Shown: piece after piece, positions 1-8,235 of the stretch | Layout: each line of letters begins with the position of its first letter | Position numbering within the stretch: position 1 is the first letter of the stretch | DNA from: Octopus sinensis | Taxonomy: Eukaryota | Assembly: GCF_006345805.1 (NCBI RefSeq) | Contig: NW_021823765.1 | Coordinates: 1-21,199, forward strand | DNA length: 21,199 nucleotides | Reading direction: 5' to 3' | Notes under the pieces: model-generated | Database searches by the model: none | Told to the model about the DNA's origin: nothing | What the model saw: the letters and a program-made list of their open reading frames with translations, nothing else | Made by a program: the position numbers and the translations under genes

Positions 1-344
1 TATGCTTCTGTGTCTGTGTTTGTTCCCTACCTCCACTGCTCAACAAACATACCTTAGATATCACCAAATTCATTCAATCTTAATTTTAGGAAGATTTAGA
101 CACAAACATTATTGATTAAACTACAACAAAGAAACTACATTTACTCTATGTACAAAAACAGTATCGGTAAATTAATTCTATAAGTAAACCTATAACTAAC
201 TCCTAAATTATCAAACTAAACAGCAACCTGCCCCTTGAAGTCCATACAGAAATGTATATATGAATATATGTATGTATGCATGGATGGTGGATGGATGGAT
301 GGAGCATGAATTAACCTAAAATTTTCATGGAAGGTTTTAGTGTA

Positions 345-600
345 GATCACCGGTACTCTGTTGGTTATGATGACAAGGGTTCCAGCTGATCCGATCAAAT
401 GAACAGTTAGAGCCTCCACAGACATGTGTACCCTTAATGTAGATCTCAGGGAGATTCAGCATGACAAAGAATGTGACAATGATGGCCCTTTGAATAATTA
501 AAGGTACAATTCATTTTTACCAGCTGAGTGGACTGGAGCAACATGAAATAAGGTGTCTTGCTCAAGAACATAACATGCCACCTGGAATCAAATGCACAAC
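345..600 (-). mobile_element. Decayed CORE-type SINE
   Basis: The minus strand reads a degenerate B-box (gcatttgattcc), then TTCTTGAGCAAGACACC...GCTCCAGTCCACTCAGCTG, a CORE-like central block, then a tail. Pieces recur in the window at ~7022-7043 (TTCAAAGGGCCAACCTTGTC) and ~9138-9183. Confidence 0.55.
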
Positions 601-688
601 TTTACAACTATATATATATATATATATACATATACACACATGCTTTACTTATGTATATACACACACACACATACATACACACATGCTT

Positions 689-719
<31 letters not shown>

Positions 720-720
720 A

Positions 721-843
721 AGACAAGAGTAAGGCCCCTGCATGCAATTGTAACCGAACAACAAATGAAAATGGCGGGACACATACTAGGACTGCCAGAG
801 GTGAGGCTTGTCAAAATAACCATGGACACATGGAATAATACCT
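721..843 (+). pseudogene. RTE-clade LINE ORF 3' remnant, part 1 (interrupted by a SINE)
   Basis: Translates KTRVRPLHAIVTEQQMKMAGHILGLPEVRLVKITMDTWNNT, matching the RTE C-terminal pattern 'I..RRLRWAGHV.RM...R..K'. The usual GRPR motif appears deleted before TW. Confidence 0.7.
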
Positions 844-1075
844 ATTCCTTTATTACCCACAAGGGGCTAAACATAGAGGGGACAAACAAGGACAGACATA
901 GGTATTAAGTCGATTACATTGACCCCAGTGCATAACTGGTACTTAATTTATTGACCCCGAAAGGATGAAAGGCAAAGTCGACCTCGGCGGAATTTGAACT
1001 CACAACGTAACGGTAGACGAAATACCGCTAAGCATTTCGCCCGGCGCGCTAACGTTTCTGCCAGCTCGCCACCTT
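844..1075 (-). mobile_element. Near full-length tRNA-derived SINE with Meta-type core (best-preserved copy in the window)
   Basis: The minus strand has an A-box-like TGGCAGAAACGTTAG, a B-box GAGTTCAAATTCC (989-1001), and the core GCCTTTCATCCTTTCGGGGTCAATAAATTAAGTACCAG, which resembles the MetaSINE/Sauria-type domain. CpGs are retained. It is flanked by the direct repeat GAATAATACCT (833-843 and 1090-1100). Confidence 0.85.
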
Positions 1076-1106
1076 AGAATACCTTCAAAGAATAATACCT
1101 TCAAAT

Positions 1107-1229
1107 AATACCTTCAAAGAAAACTTATGCAGATGGAACATCACCTGGGTAGAAGCATACCAGTTGGCCAGAGACAGAGATAATTGGCAATCACTAACTG
1201 CCCAAAGGTACCAACAGACCTAAGAAGAA
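1107..1229 (+). pseudogene. RTE-clade LINE ORF 3' remnant, part 2 (C-terminus and stop)
   Basis: Translates NTFKENLCRWNITWVEAYQLARDRDNWQSLTAQRYQQT* (TAA at 1221-1223), the RTE terminal pattern 'W..A..LA.DR..W..L'. It continues part 1 across the SINE. Confidence 0.75.
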
Positions 1230-1680
1230 TATATATATATATATATATAATATAACTAATTAGAATACATATGTGTGTATGTGTATACACACAACACACA
1301 CACACAAAGAGAGAGTGTGTGTGTGTGTCAGACAAATAGATAGCGTATCTTCCTTTCCATCTAGTCTCTGATATCTTTTTCTTTCTGCCTCCTCTACCAT
1401 CCCTCCATCCATCCATCTACCCCTTCCACTAGAAGTTCATGGGATGGTACAGTATCATCCTCCACTTGCACAAATCACCCCCTACTCTGCCGTGATAATC
1501 AGGGGACAATTATTATATTAGGCTATAATCCTCTTAAGATTAAGATAACAGACAGACATCTGAAAGAGATTCACTTTAAGAAAGAAAGCTTTCGATCCAG
1601 AGCTTAACCACAAGTAGATCTCCTTGGAAAATTAAAGGCTATCAAAAGGATTTGTAAGAGAAGGACAATACACAACAAGT

Positions 1681-1723
1681 ATGTATGCATGTATGTATGT
1701 ATGTATATACATACAAACATACA

Positions 1724-1754
<31 letters not shown>

Positions 1755-1958
1755 CCATACATACAATTATAAAATATACATGTCCATGCATGTCATATAC
1801 ATAGATATAGTGACATTTTACATCCACACAGACACATATACCGTATACTATATATATTTATACACACACATATATACATATATATATATATGTATATATA
1901 CATATATACATGCATATATATAAACATATTTATGTATATAATGCTACATACATACATA

Positions 1959-1996
<38 letters not shown>

Positions 1997-2192
1997 CACA
2001 TATATATGTATATATTGCCATTATATATATATATAATATATACACATATATACATATACAGACATACATGTGCAGAGATATATGCATACACATGATAATA
2101 TATATATACAAACATACACACGGGCAAACATATGCACACATACATACACAACATATATACATATGCACACACGTTCACGTATATATATATAT
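1681..2192. repeat. Compound (AT)n/(AC)n/(ATGT)n microsatellite
   Basis: Direct inspection; source of the YIYI/HTHT ORFs. Confidence 0.95.
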
Positions 2193-2421
2193 TGTCCTCT
2201 ACTAATTAACTGAAGGCGTTGAGAGTGGCGGTACTGGCTGTAGTGAAAGCAAATGTCCTGATGGTGAGAGGGATAATGGTGATGTGGCAGCTGTAATTGA
2301 AAGAGTTAGAGGACTGGGTGAGGAAAGTGAGAATGTACTCATGTATATGTAAGTGCATGTGTGTGTGTGTATGCATGAGTGTGTGTCTACATGCACAAGT
2401 GTGTTTGTGTGTGTATTTGTA

Positions 2422-2830
2422 TTACTCTTTACTCTTTTACTTGTTTCAGTCATTTGACTGCGGCCATGCTGGAGCACCGCCTTTAGTCGAGCAACTCGAC
2501 CCCGGGACTTATTCTTTTGTAAGCCCAGTACTTATTCTATCGGTCTCTTTTGCTGAACCGCTAAGTGACAGACACGCAAACACACCAGCATCGGTTGTCA
2601 AGCAACGCTAGGGGGACAAACACAGACACGCAAACACACATGCATATATTTATATATACATATATACGACAGGCTTCTTTCAGTTTCTGTCTATCAAATC
2701 CACTCACAAGGCATTGGTCGGCCCGAGGCTATAGCAGAAGACACTTGCCCAAGATGCCACGCAGTGGGACTGAACCTGGAACCATGCGGTTGGTTAGCAA
2801 GCTACTGACCACACAGCCACTCCTGCGCCT
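2422..2830 (-). mobile_element. Full-length composite SINE (tRNA head, CORE block, internal microsatellite, second domain, GTAAAAGA-type tail)
   Basis: Minus strand, in order: head GGCGCAGGAGTGGCTGTGTGG...GGTTCAGTCCC; CORE-like CTTGGGCAAGTGTCTT; CTTGTGAGTGGATT..GAAACTGAAAGAAGC; internal AT/GT repeat (~2625-2667); CGGTTCAGCAAAAGAGACCGATAGAATAAGTACT; tail GGTGCTCCAGCATGGCCGCAG...GACTGAAACAAGTAAAAGAGTAAAGAGT. Confidence 0.85.
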
Positions 2831-3044
2831 ATATGTGCACGTTTCAAGATGATCAACATGGTGGTATTGTCTGTCAGTTGGTGAACTGGTTGTGAGGCGT
2901 TTGGGTGGATCATAGAAGTAACCAGGTCGTGGTGGCAATGATGCATGTGTACATGTGTGTGTAGTTGATATGAAGATGGCATAACTTAATGTTTCTTGTA
3001 ATTTCCACACACACATACATATGATACATATTTCATAACTACTA

Positions 3045-3250
3045 TACAGCAATCGCATTAGCACATCAGGCAAAATACTAAGTAACATTTCATCTATCTT
3101 CTTGCTCTGAGTCCAAATTCTGCCAAGGTTGATTTTGCCTTTCATCCTTTCGGGGTCAATAAAATCAGTACCAGTGAAATACTGGGGTTGATGCAATCAT
3201 CTAGTCCCTTCCCCAAAAATTTCAGGCCATATGCCTTTAGTAGAAAGGAT
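3045..3250 (+). mobile_element. Meta-core SINE, cluster copy a
   Basis: GAGTCCAAATTC B-box and GCCTTTCATCCTTTCGGGGTCAATAAAATCAGTACCAG core; followed by (ATT)n at 3250-3290. Confidence 0.8.
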
Positions 3251-3258
3251 TATTATTA

Positions 3259-3290
<32 letters not shown>

Positions 3291-3292
<2 letters not shown>

Positions 3293-3478
3293 GGTGGTAC
3301 GCTGGCAGATGCATTAGTACGTCAGGTAAAATTCTTGGTGGCATTTTGTCTGTCTTCATCTTCTGAGTCCAAACTTTGCTGAGATTGATCTTGCCTTTCA
3401 TCCTTTCGGGGTCAATAAAATGAGAATGACTTGAAGACTGGGGTTGATGTAATCATTTTGTCCCCGCCCTTGAACTTA
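3291..3478 (+). mobile_element. Meta-core SINE, cluster copy b
   Basis: Begins AAGGTGGTACGCTGGCAGA like the 844-1075 head; core GCCTTTCATCCTTTCGGGGTCAATAAAATGAG. Confidence 0.8.
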
Positions 3479-3519
3479 TCACCACCACCATCATCACCAT
3501 CACCATCATCATTATCATT

Positions 3520-3658
3520 ATTTTATCAACCTCAAAGGGATGAAAGGCAAAACTGACCTTAGCAGGATTTGAACTCAAAAGTAAAGAACTGGAATTAAAA
3601 GCCTTGCAGAGCCTTATTTTGTCCGACTCGCTAATGATTCTGCCAATCCAACGCCTTA
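3520..3658 (-). mobile_element. Meta-core SINE, cluster copy c
   Basis: GATGAAAGGCAAAACTGACC...GGATTTGAACTC...GCTAATGATTCTGCCAA, the reverse complement of head plus core. Confidence 0.75.
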
Positions 3659-3664
3659 ATAATT

Positions 3665-3848
3665 TCTAATTAAGACACAAAGCCTCAAATTTTAGGGGAG
3701 AGGGGTTAGTTGATTAAACGAACACCAGTAATTGAATGACAGCAATGAAAGGACAAAGCTGACCTGTGATTTGAACTTCAAACATTATGAGCTGGAACAA
3801 GTGCTGTCACGGCATTTTGTTCAGTGTCCTAACAATTCTACAAATCCA
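3665..3848 (-). mobile_element. Meta-core SINE, cluster copy d (strongly decayed)
   Basis: ATGAAAGGACAAAGCTGACC..GATTTGAACT..GGCATTTTGTTCAGTGTCCTAACAATTCT. Confidence 0.6.
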
Positions 3849-3875
3849 AAAGAACAACAACAGCAATAATAATAA

Positions 3876-4090
3876 TGGTTTCAAATCTTGGCACAATGCC
3901 AGCAACTTTAGAGGAGGAGATCAGTAAATTGCATTGACCAATGAGTGATCCATTGGTACTTATTTTGTCAAGTCTAAATGGATGAAAGGCGAAGCTAAAT
4001 TAGGCACCATTTAAACACAGAATGCAAAGAAAAAGAAATAGCGCTAAGCATTTTGTTTGATGCACTAACGATTCTAACAGCTCACCACTG
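3876..4090 (-). mobile_element. Meta-core SINE, cluster copy e
   Basis: TGGTACTTATTTT..GGATGAAAGGCGAAG..GCTAAGCATTTTG..GCACTAACGATTCT. Confidence 0.7.
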
Positions 4091-4102
4091 CCATAATAGT
4101 AA

Positions 4103-4272
4103 TAATCCTTTCTACTAGAAGCACAAGGTCTGGAAATTTGGGTGGGAAGGGCGACTAGTCGATTACATTGATCCCAGGGTAAAAATGGTGCTTATTTCAT
4201 CGACCCACCAAAAGGATGAGAGGCAAAGTCAACCTTGGCGGAATTTGAACCCAGAACATTTAAGACAGACGA
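4103..4272 (-). mobile_element. Meta-core SINE, cluster copy f
   Basis: AGTCGATTACATTGATCCCAG..AAAGGATGAGAGGCAAAGTCAACCTTGGCGGAATTTGAACCCAGAAC. Confidence 0.8.
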
Positions 4273-4412
4273 AGGGCACTAGTTGATTACAACAACCCCA
4301 GTGTCTCACTGGTACTTAATTTATTGACTCCAAAAGGATAGAAGGCAAAGTTGACCTCAGCAGAATTTGAACTCAGAACGTAAAGACAGACAAAACACCG
4401 ATAAGCTTTTCG
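4273..4412 (-). mobile_element. Meta-core SINE, cluster copy g
   Basis: CTGGTACTTAATTTTATTGACTCCAAAAGGATAGAAGGCAAAGTTGACCTCAGCAGAATTTGAACTCAGAACG. Confidence 0.8.
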
Positions 4413-4431
4413 TTCAGGAGGAGGAGGAGGA

Positions 4432-4665
4432 TGGCTTCTGATTCAAACACAAGTCCAGTAATTTTGAAGGAATGGGATCAGTCAATACCAAACACCTCAG
4501 TATTTGACTGGTTCATTATCTTATCAACTCTGGAGGCATGAAAGGTGAAACTGACCAAGGCAGGATTTGAACTCAGAACTCAGAACATAAAAAGTCCTTA
4601 ACTAAAAATCACAAAGCATTATTTTATCCAATGCTCCAATGGTTCTTCCACTCCACCACCCTCCA
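4432..4665 (-). mobile_element. Meta-core SINE, cluster copy h
   Basis: CATGAAAGGTGAAACTGACCAAGGCAGGATTTGAACTCAGAACTCAGAAC (7-nt internal duplication) and a decayed head. Confidence 0.65.
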
Positions 4666-5244
4666 ACATCTTAAAAACAACAGGAGTAATCTTGATCTTT
4701 AGCATAAAACATAGCTCGCATGCTGGTTAATTGTATCAAGTTATATCAAACTCAATATATATTTACATTTTATCAACCCCAGAAGGATAAATTTTTGAGC
4801 TCCTGTGTTGATTTGTACAGAGAAGATTTAAAGGGGGTTTAACTCAAGGCTAAAAGGTACTTTGTATGTCACCCTCTGATTTCTTCTTCTTACATGCTAC
4901 GGCTATAAGGTGGAGCAAGTTTCAAAGTCTACTCTATCTTTTGCGATAAACACGGGGACAAAAGTACACAATGTGATAGATAGGATAGTGAAAAGAAGTA
5001 CAGGGACAGTGAGTGCGAGCGAGAGTTGAGTGTGTGACTGAGAGTGAGTTGTGTGAGTGAGACAGAGTGAGAGAGATATGGTTAGACAGCCTAAAGATAA
5101 CTGAGCTTAGAGAAGGTGGAAGTAGAAGAGACAGAGATGTAGATAGATAAAGGCAGAGAATGATAGAGAACATACAATAATGGTATATATATGTAATGTG
5201 TATGTATGTATGTATGTGTGTGTGTGTGTGCATGTATACAAAAT

Positions 5245-5452
5245 GTGACCGCGTGTGTACCGTTGGCGATTTTTTTCCCTCTGTCTTCCCTCCTCTGGAT
5301 CTTTCCTTCTCCTATGTTTCCGACGAAGAGCTCCGCTCGAAACGTTAAACCCTCCTTCTTTCCTGAGCGTCCAATAATACTATATTTGTTCCACGTCCTC
5401 GCGTTATTGTGTTTTTTTTTGTGCTTTCTTGTTTGGATTAACCATATATATA
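5245..5452 (+). mobile_element. Penelope-like element terminal-repeat fragment (inferred)
   Basis: CpG-rich, pyrimidine-rich island carrying C(C/T)GACGAAGAGC...GCTCGAAACGTT, the type of motif found in Penelope-like terminal repeats. No ORF. The family assignment rests on this motif only. Confidence 0.55.
5316..5350 (+). ncRNA. Minimal type I hammerhead ribozyme motif (U4>C variant)
   Basis: Stem I GTTT(5316-19)/AAAC(5347-50); core CCGACGA (canonical CUGANGA); stem II GAGC-TCC-GCTC; GAAA (5339-42); palindromic ACGT stem III; predicted GUU cleavage after 5346. Confidence 0.7.
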
Positions 5453-5528
5453 CATATATTTACATTTGTATATATATATACATACACATACACACACACA
5501 CGTACACATATAATATATATATTGTGAT

Positions 5529-5914
5529 ACCTGTGCCGGTGGCATGTAAAAAGCACCATCTGAACATGGCCGATGCCAGCGCCGCCTTGACTGGCTTCTG
5601 TGCCGATGGCATGTAAAAAGCACCAACCGATCATGGCCGCTGCTAACCTCCCCTGGCACCTGTGCCGGTGGCATGTAAAAAGCACCATCTGACCGTGGCC
5701 GATGGCAGCGCCACCTTGACTGGCTTCTGTGCCAGTGGCATGTAAAAAGCACCCACTACACTCACAGAGTGGTTGGCGTTAGGAAGGGCATCCAGCTGTA
5801 GAAACACTGCCAGATCAGACTGGAGCCTGGTGCAGCCTCCTGGCTTCCCAGACCCCGGTCGAACCGTCCAACCCATGCTAGCACGGAAAACGGACGTTAA
5901 ACGATGATGATGAT
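5529..5914 (+). mobile_element. (GAT)n-tailed SINE-like retroelement with 4 internal 27-bp repeats
   Basis: Four copies of CTGTGCCGGTGGCATGTAAAAAGCACC, then GTGGTTGGCGTTAGGAAGGGCATCCAGC...AACCCATGCTAGCACGGAAAACGGACGTTAAACGATGATGATGAT. The same body occurs at ~7505, ~10100 and ~17870. No Pol III head is seen. Confidence 0.85.
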
Positions 5915-6254
5915 ATATACACACACATATAGAGACACACATGCACGCTAGGTAACTCCAGAAATATGAACATAAATATATTCATACAACTGCTCATAGA
6001 TATTATTGAGCCTTATTGACAGAATTTCAACCAGCTAAAAACAGCGATTGAACATCCCTCAAGGGCGTGCAATTTGACTGAGATTTGGTTGGTATTTCTT
6101 GTCTAGCTGATTGTGGTCATGAATCAGAGGCATGGGTGATAAGGAAAAAAATGACAATGGTTAAGTGACGGTGGGGAGGGGGGACTAGCAGTCAATTGTG
6201 GTAGGAGTGGGGGGTGGAGAACAATTGATAAATCAGCTAAGGGGGAGAGATGAG

Positions 6255-6260
6255 AGGGAA

Positions 6261-6295
<35 letters not shown>

Positions 6296-6470
6296 GGAGG
6301 GAGGGAGAGAAAGAGAGACAGCTTGACAGACAGAAGAAAAGAGAGAAGCTTTGACAGTGGCAGAAGCAGAGGATTTTGGGATTCATACTCATCGTTATAA
6401 CCACTACCACCACTACCTACAACAGCACCACCAACACCACCACCACCAACACCACAACTACTACTGCTAC
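6255..6470. repeat. (GA)n tract followed by (CAC/CAA/TAC)n trinucleotide tract
   Basis: Direct inspection. Confidence 0.9.
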
Positions 6471-6870
6471 TACAACAAAGAGGCAATGGTGTCAATCGAT
6501 AATCAAAGACTTGATGTCACTTCTATAAATAAATATAGCAATTCTGTGATTTCTAAGAAGTCACCTGTAACTGTTGATGATGGTGGTGGTGCAGGTGGTT
6601 GTAGGTGAGAGGGTGATGCTCTTCATTGCAAGATTATCTTCGACAAAAGGTCTCACTCACTGTCTTTCGTTTTCTCTTTCTCTCTTGTTTTCTCTCTCTC
6701 ACTTTCACTCTTTCTTGCTCTCCCTCTCTTTCTCTCGCTCTTTGTATCGTTCTCTGATGCTCTTTCACACACTCATATATGCACATGTTTGTGTGTATTT
6801 ATGTGCATACATATGGGTGAGTATACGAGTGTATAGGTGTGTGTGTGTGGGGGGGGGTGCATAGTACTTT

Positions 6871-6942
6871 GACACAGGCGTGGCTGAACAGTTAAGAAGT
6901 TCATTCCACATTCCTGAAGTCCAAGGTTCAATGCTAGTGTGT
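6871..6942 (+). mobile_element. Decayed tRNA-derived SINE head fragment
   Basis: GACACAGGCGTGGCTG...GTTAAGAAG...CCAAGGTTCAAT aligns with the head of the 2422-2830 element. Confidence 0.55.
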
Positions 6943-7148
6943 AGAAGGAACTTTTATCAACCTTACCCTAACATATTACCTCCTAATAATTGAAATTAAA
7001 AAGGCAGAAAATGTACCCTTAATTCAAAGGGCCAACCTTGTCTCCACTCTCATACACACACATATAAACTATGTCATATTGGTTCTGTTTGAGTACAATT
7101 TGAGTACACGCATTAAAAAATCCATAGTATTGCTTGATTATCTTAAGG

Positions 7149-7288
7149 AGGGGGTTCTCAACCATTTTTTATCTATGGACCCCTTTGATTACTATTTTAT
7201 TCTGGTAGATCCCTGCCCCACTGCAGAGCCATTCGATGTTTAAAGACTAGTTTTATAGAATGCTATTTATTAATTCTAGGTATTGACC
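7149..7288 (+). mobile_element. Left end of a hAT(Charlie)-like MITE, truncated
   Basis: AGGGGGTTCTCAACC...ATGGACCCC resembles hAT termini (CAGGGGTTCTCAAC). No matching right end is found in the window. Confidence 0.4.
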
Positions 7289-7485
7289 TGTCATCAGCGT
7301 ACGAAAATCACCGGTTTCCACTTAGGTTGACGAGGGAAGGGTGACCTCCCTTAAGGGCACAGAAAGTGTTCCTAAAGCCAGCTGGAGACGATGTTCTCCT
7401 GGGGCTACAAGCTACAGTAACACCCACCCTTAGTGGTTAGCCATATTGAGATGGCAACTGTTTATACCTCGTTCAGAGATTTATT
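7289..7485. other. GC/CpG-richer, highly self-complementary insert; probable retroelement end carrying an HDV-like ribozyme remnant on the minus strand
   Basis: Hairpins CCCTTAAGGG (7348-57), GGAGA/TCTCC-type (7385-7400) and GCCAT/ATGGC (7440-55); ends in TTATTATT on the plus strand. See the corresponding finding. Confidence 0.35.
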
Positions 7486-7504
7486 ATTGCTATTTATTAA
7501 TAAC

Positions 7505-7701
7505 AGAGCACCCAGTACACTGTTAAGTGGTTGGCATTAAGGAAGGGCATCCAACCATAAAAAAAAACCCCAAAAAAAACAATACCACAGCAAACAGTTG
7601 GAGTCTGGACAGCTCTCTGCTAACCAGCTCCATGTCAAACTGTCTCCCTGCTAGCCAAGTCAAACCATCAGACCCATGGCAGCATGGAATGTGAATGTTA
7701 A
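7505..7701 (+). mobile_element. 3' part of the (GAT)n-tailed SINE-like family, decayed
   Basis: GCACCCAGTACACTG..AAGTGGTTGGCATTAAGGAAGGGCATCCA...ACCCATGGCAGCATGGAA..GTTAA. Confidence 0.75.
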
Positions 7702-7908
7702 CCCTTTAGCATTTAAACCGGCCATATTCTGCCTGTTTTATGTTCAAAATGGCCAGATCTGGTCTCTCACACCAACCCTACAATATCATTTTAAAAATTA
7801 ACAGCTACCTCATCAAAATCTCATATGGACCCTCAGGGACCATTTGGAACCTGCCTGAGAACTACTGAAATTTTTCGGCTGGCTACGGCCAGGTTAGTAT
7901 CAAAAGGG
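7702..7908. mobile_element. piggyBac-type MITE (TTAA TSD, CCC...GGG ends), 207 bp, apparently chimeric
   Basis: TTAA(7698-7701) CCCTTTAG...CAAAAGGG TTAA(7909-7912). The termini match only over CCCTTT(A/T)G. Confidence 0.8.
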
Positions 7909-8014
7909 TTAAGCATCAACATCATCATTTTTGTGGTTATTTCAGTATGTTTTTATATTGTTTTTTTTTTTCCTCCCCATGGAATGGAGAAGAGACCCAC
8001 AAAAACTACATTAA

Positions 8015-8235
8015 CCCTTTAGCATTCAGATTATTCTTATCAAATGTAATGATTATTTATTCACATTGTTTTGAATTAGTCATGCATTATCTCATAGTTT
8101 CAAAATTTCAATGATGTGATTGTATATTTTTAGAATGACAATGTAGAGTTGGTGTGAGAGGGTAGATCTGGCCAGTTTCTGCATAAAACTGATAGAATAT
8201 TTAGACTGGACATGGCTGGTTTAAATGCTACAAGG
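8015..8235. mobile_element. Second piggyBac-type MITE of the same family, opposite orientation
   Basis: TTAA CCCTTTAGCATT at the left; right end AATGCTACAAGG TAAA, a decayed AATGCTAAAGGG TTAA. 8102-8239 is the reverse complement of 7698-7822. Confidence 0.75.

Noticed and set aside
989-1060. tRNA gene (A and B boxes)
   Set aside because: The boxes are SINE heads followed by the shared core; no cloverleaf can be built.
4830-4857. Plus-strand 36-nt segment between a good acceptor and donor (TGTACAG|...AAG|GTACTT), around 4822-4857
   Set aside because: It has stop codons in all three frames.
5531-5753. CRISPR array (27-bp repeats, 35-40 nt spacers)
   Set aside because: The spacers are homologous to each other, the array runs straight into a retroelement body found three more times in the window, there are no cas genes, and the context is eukaryotic.
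7272-7297. Minus-strand CTGATGA-C-AGGT/ACCT-A-GAAT hammerhead-like motif
   Set aside because: It has GAAT instead of GAAA, unpaired bases flanking stem II and no stem I/III, and it straddles a junction of two elements.
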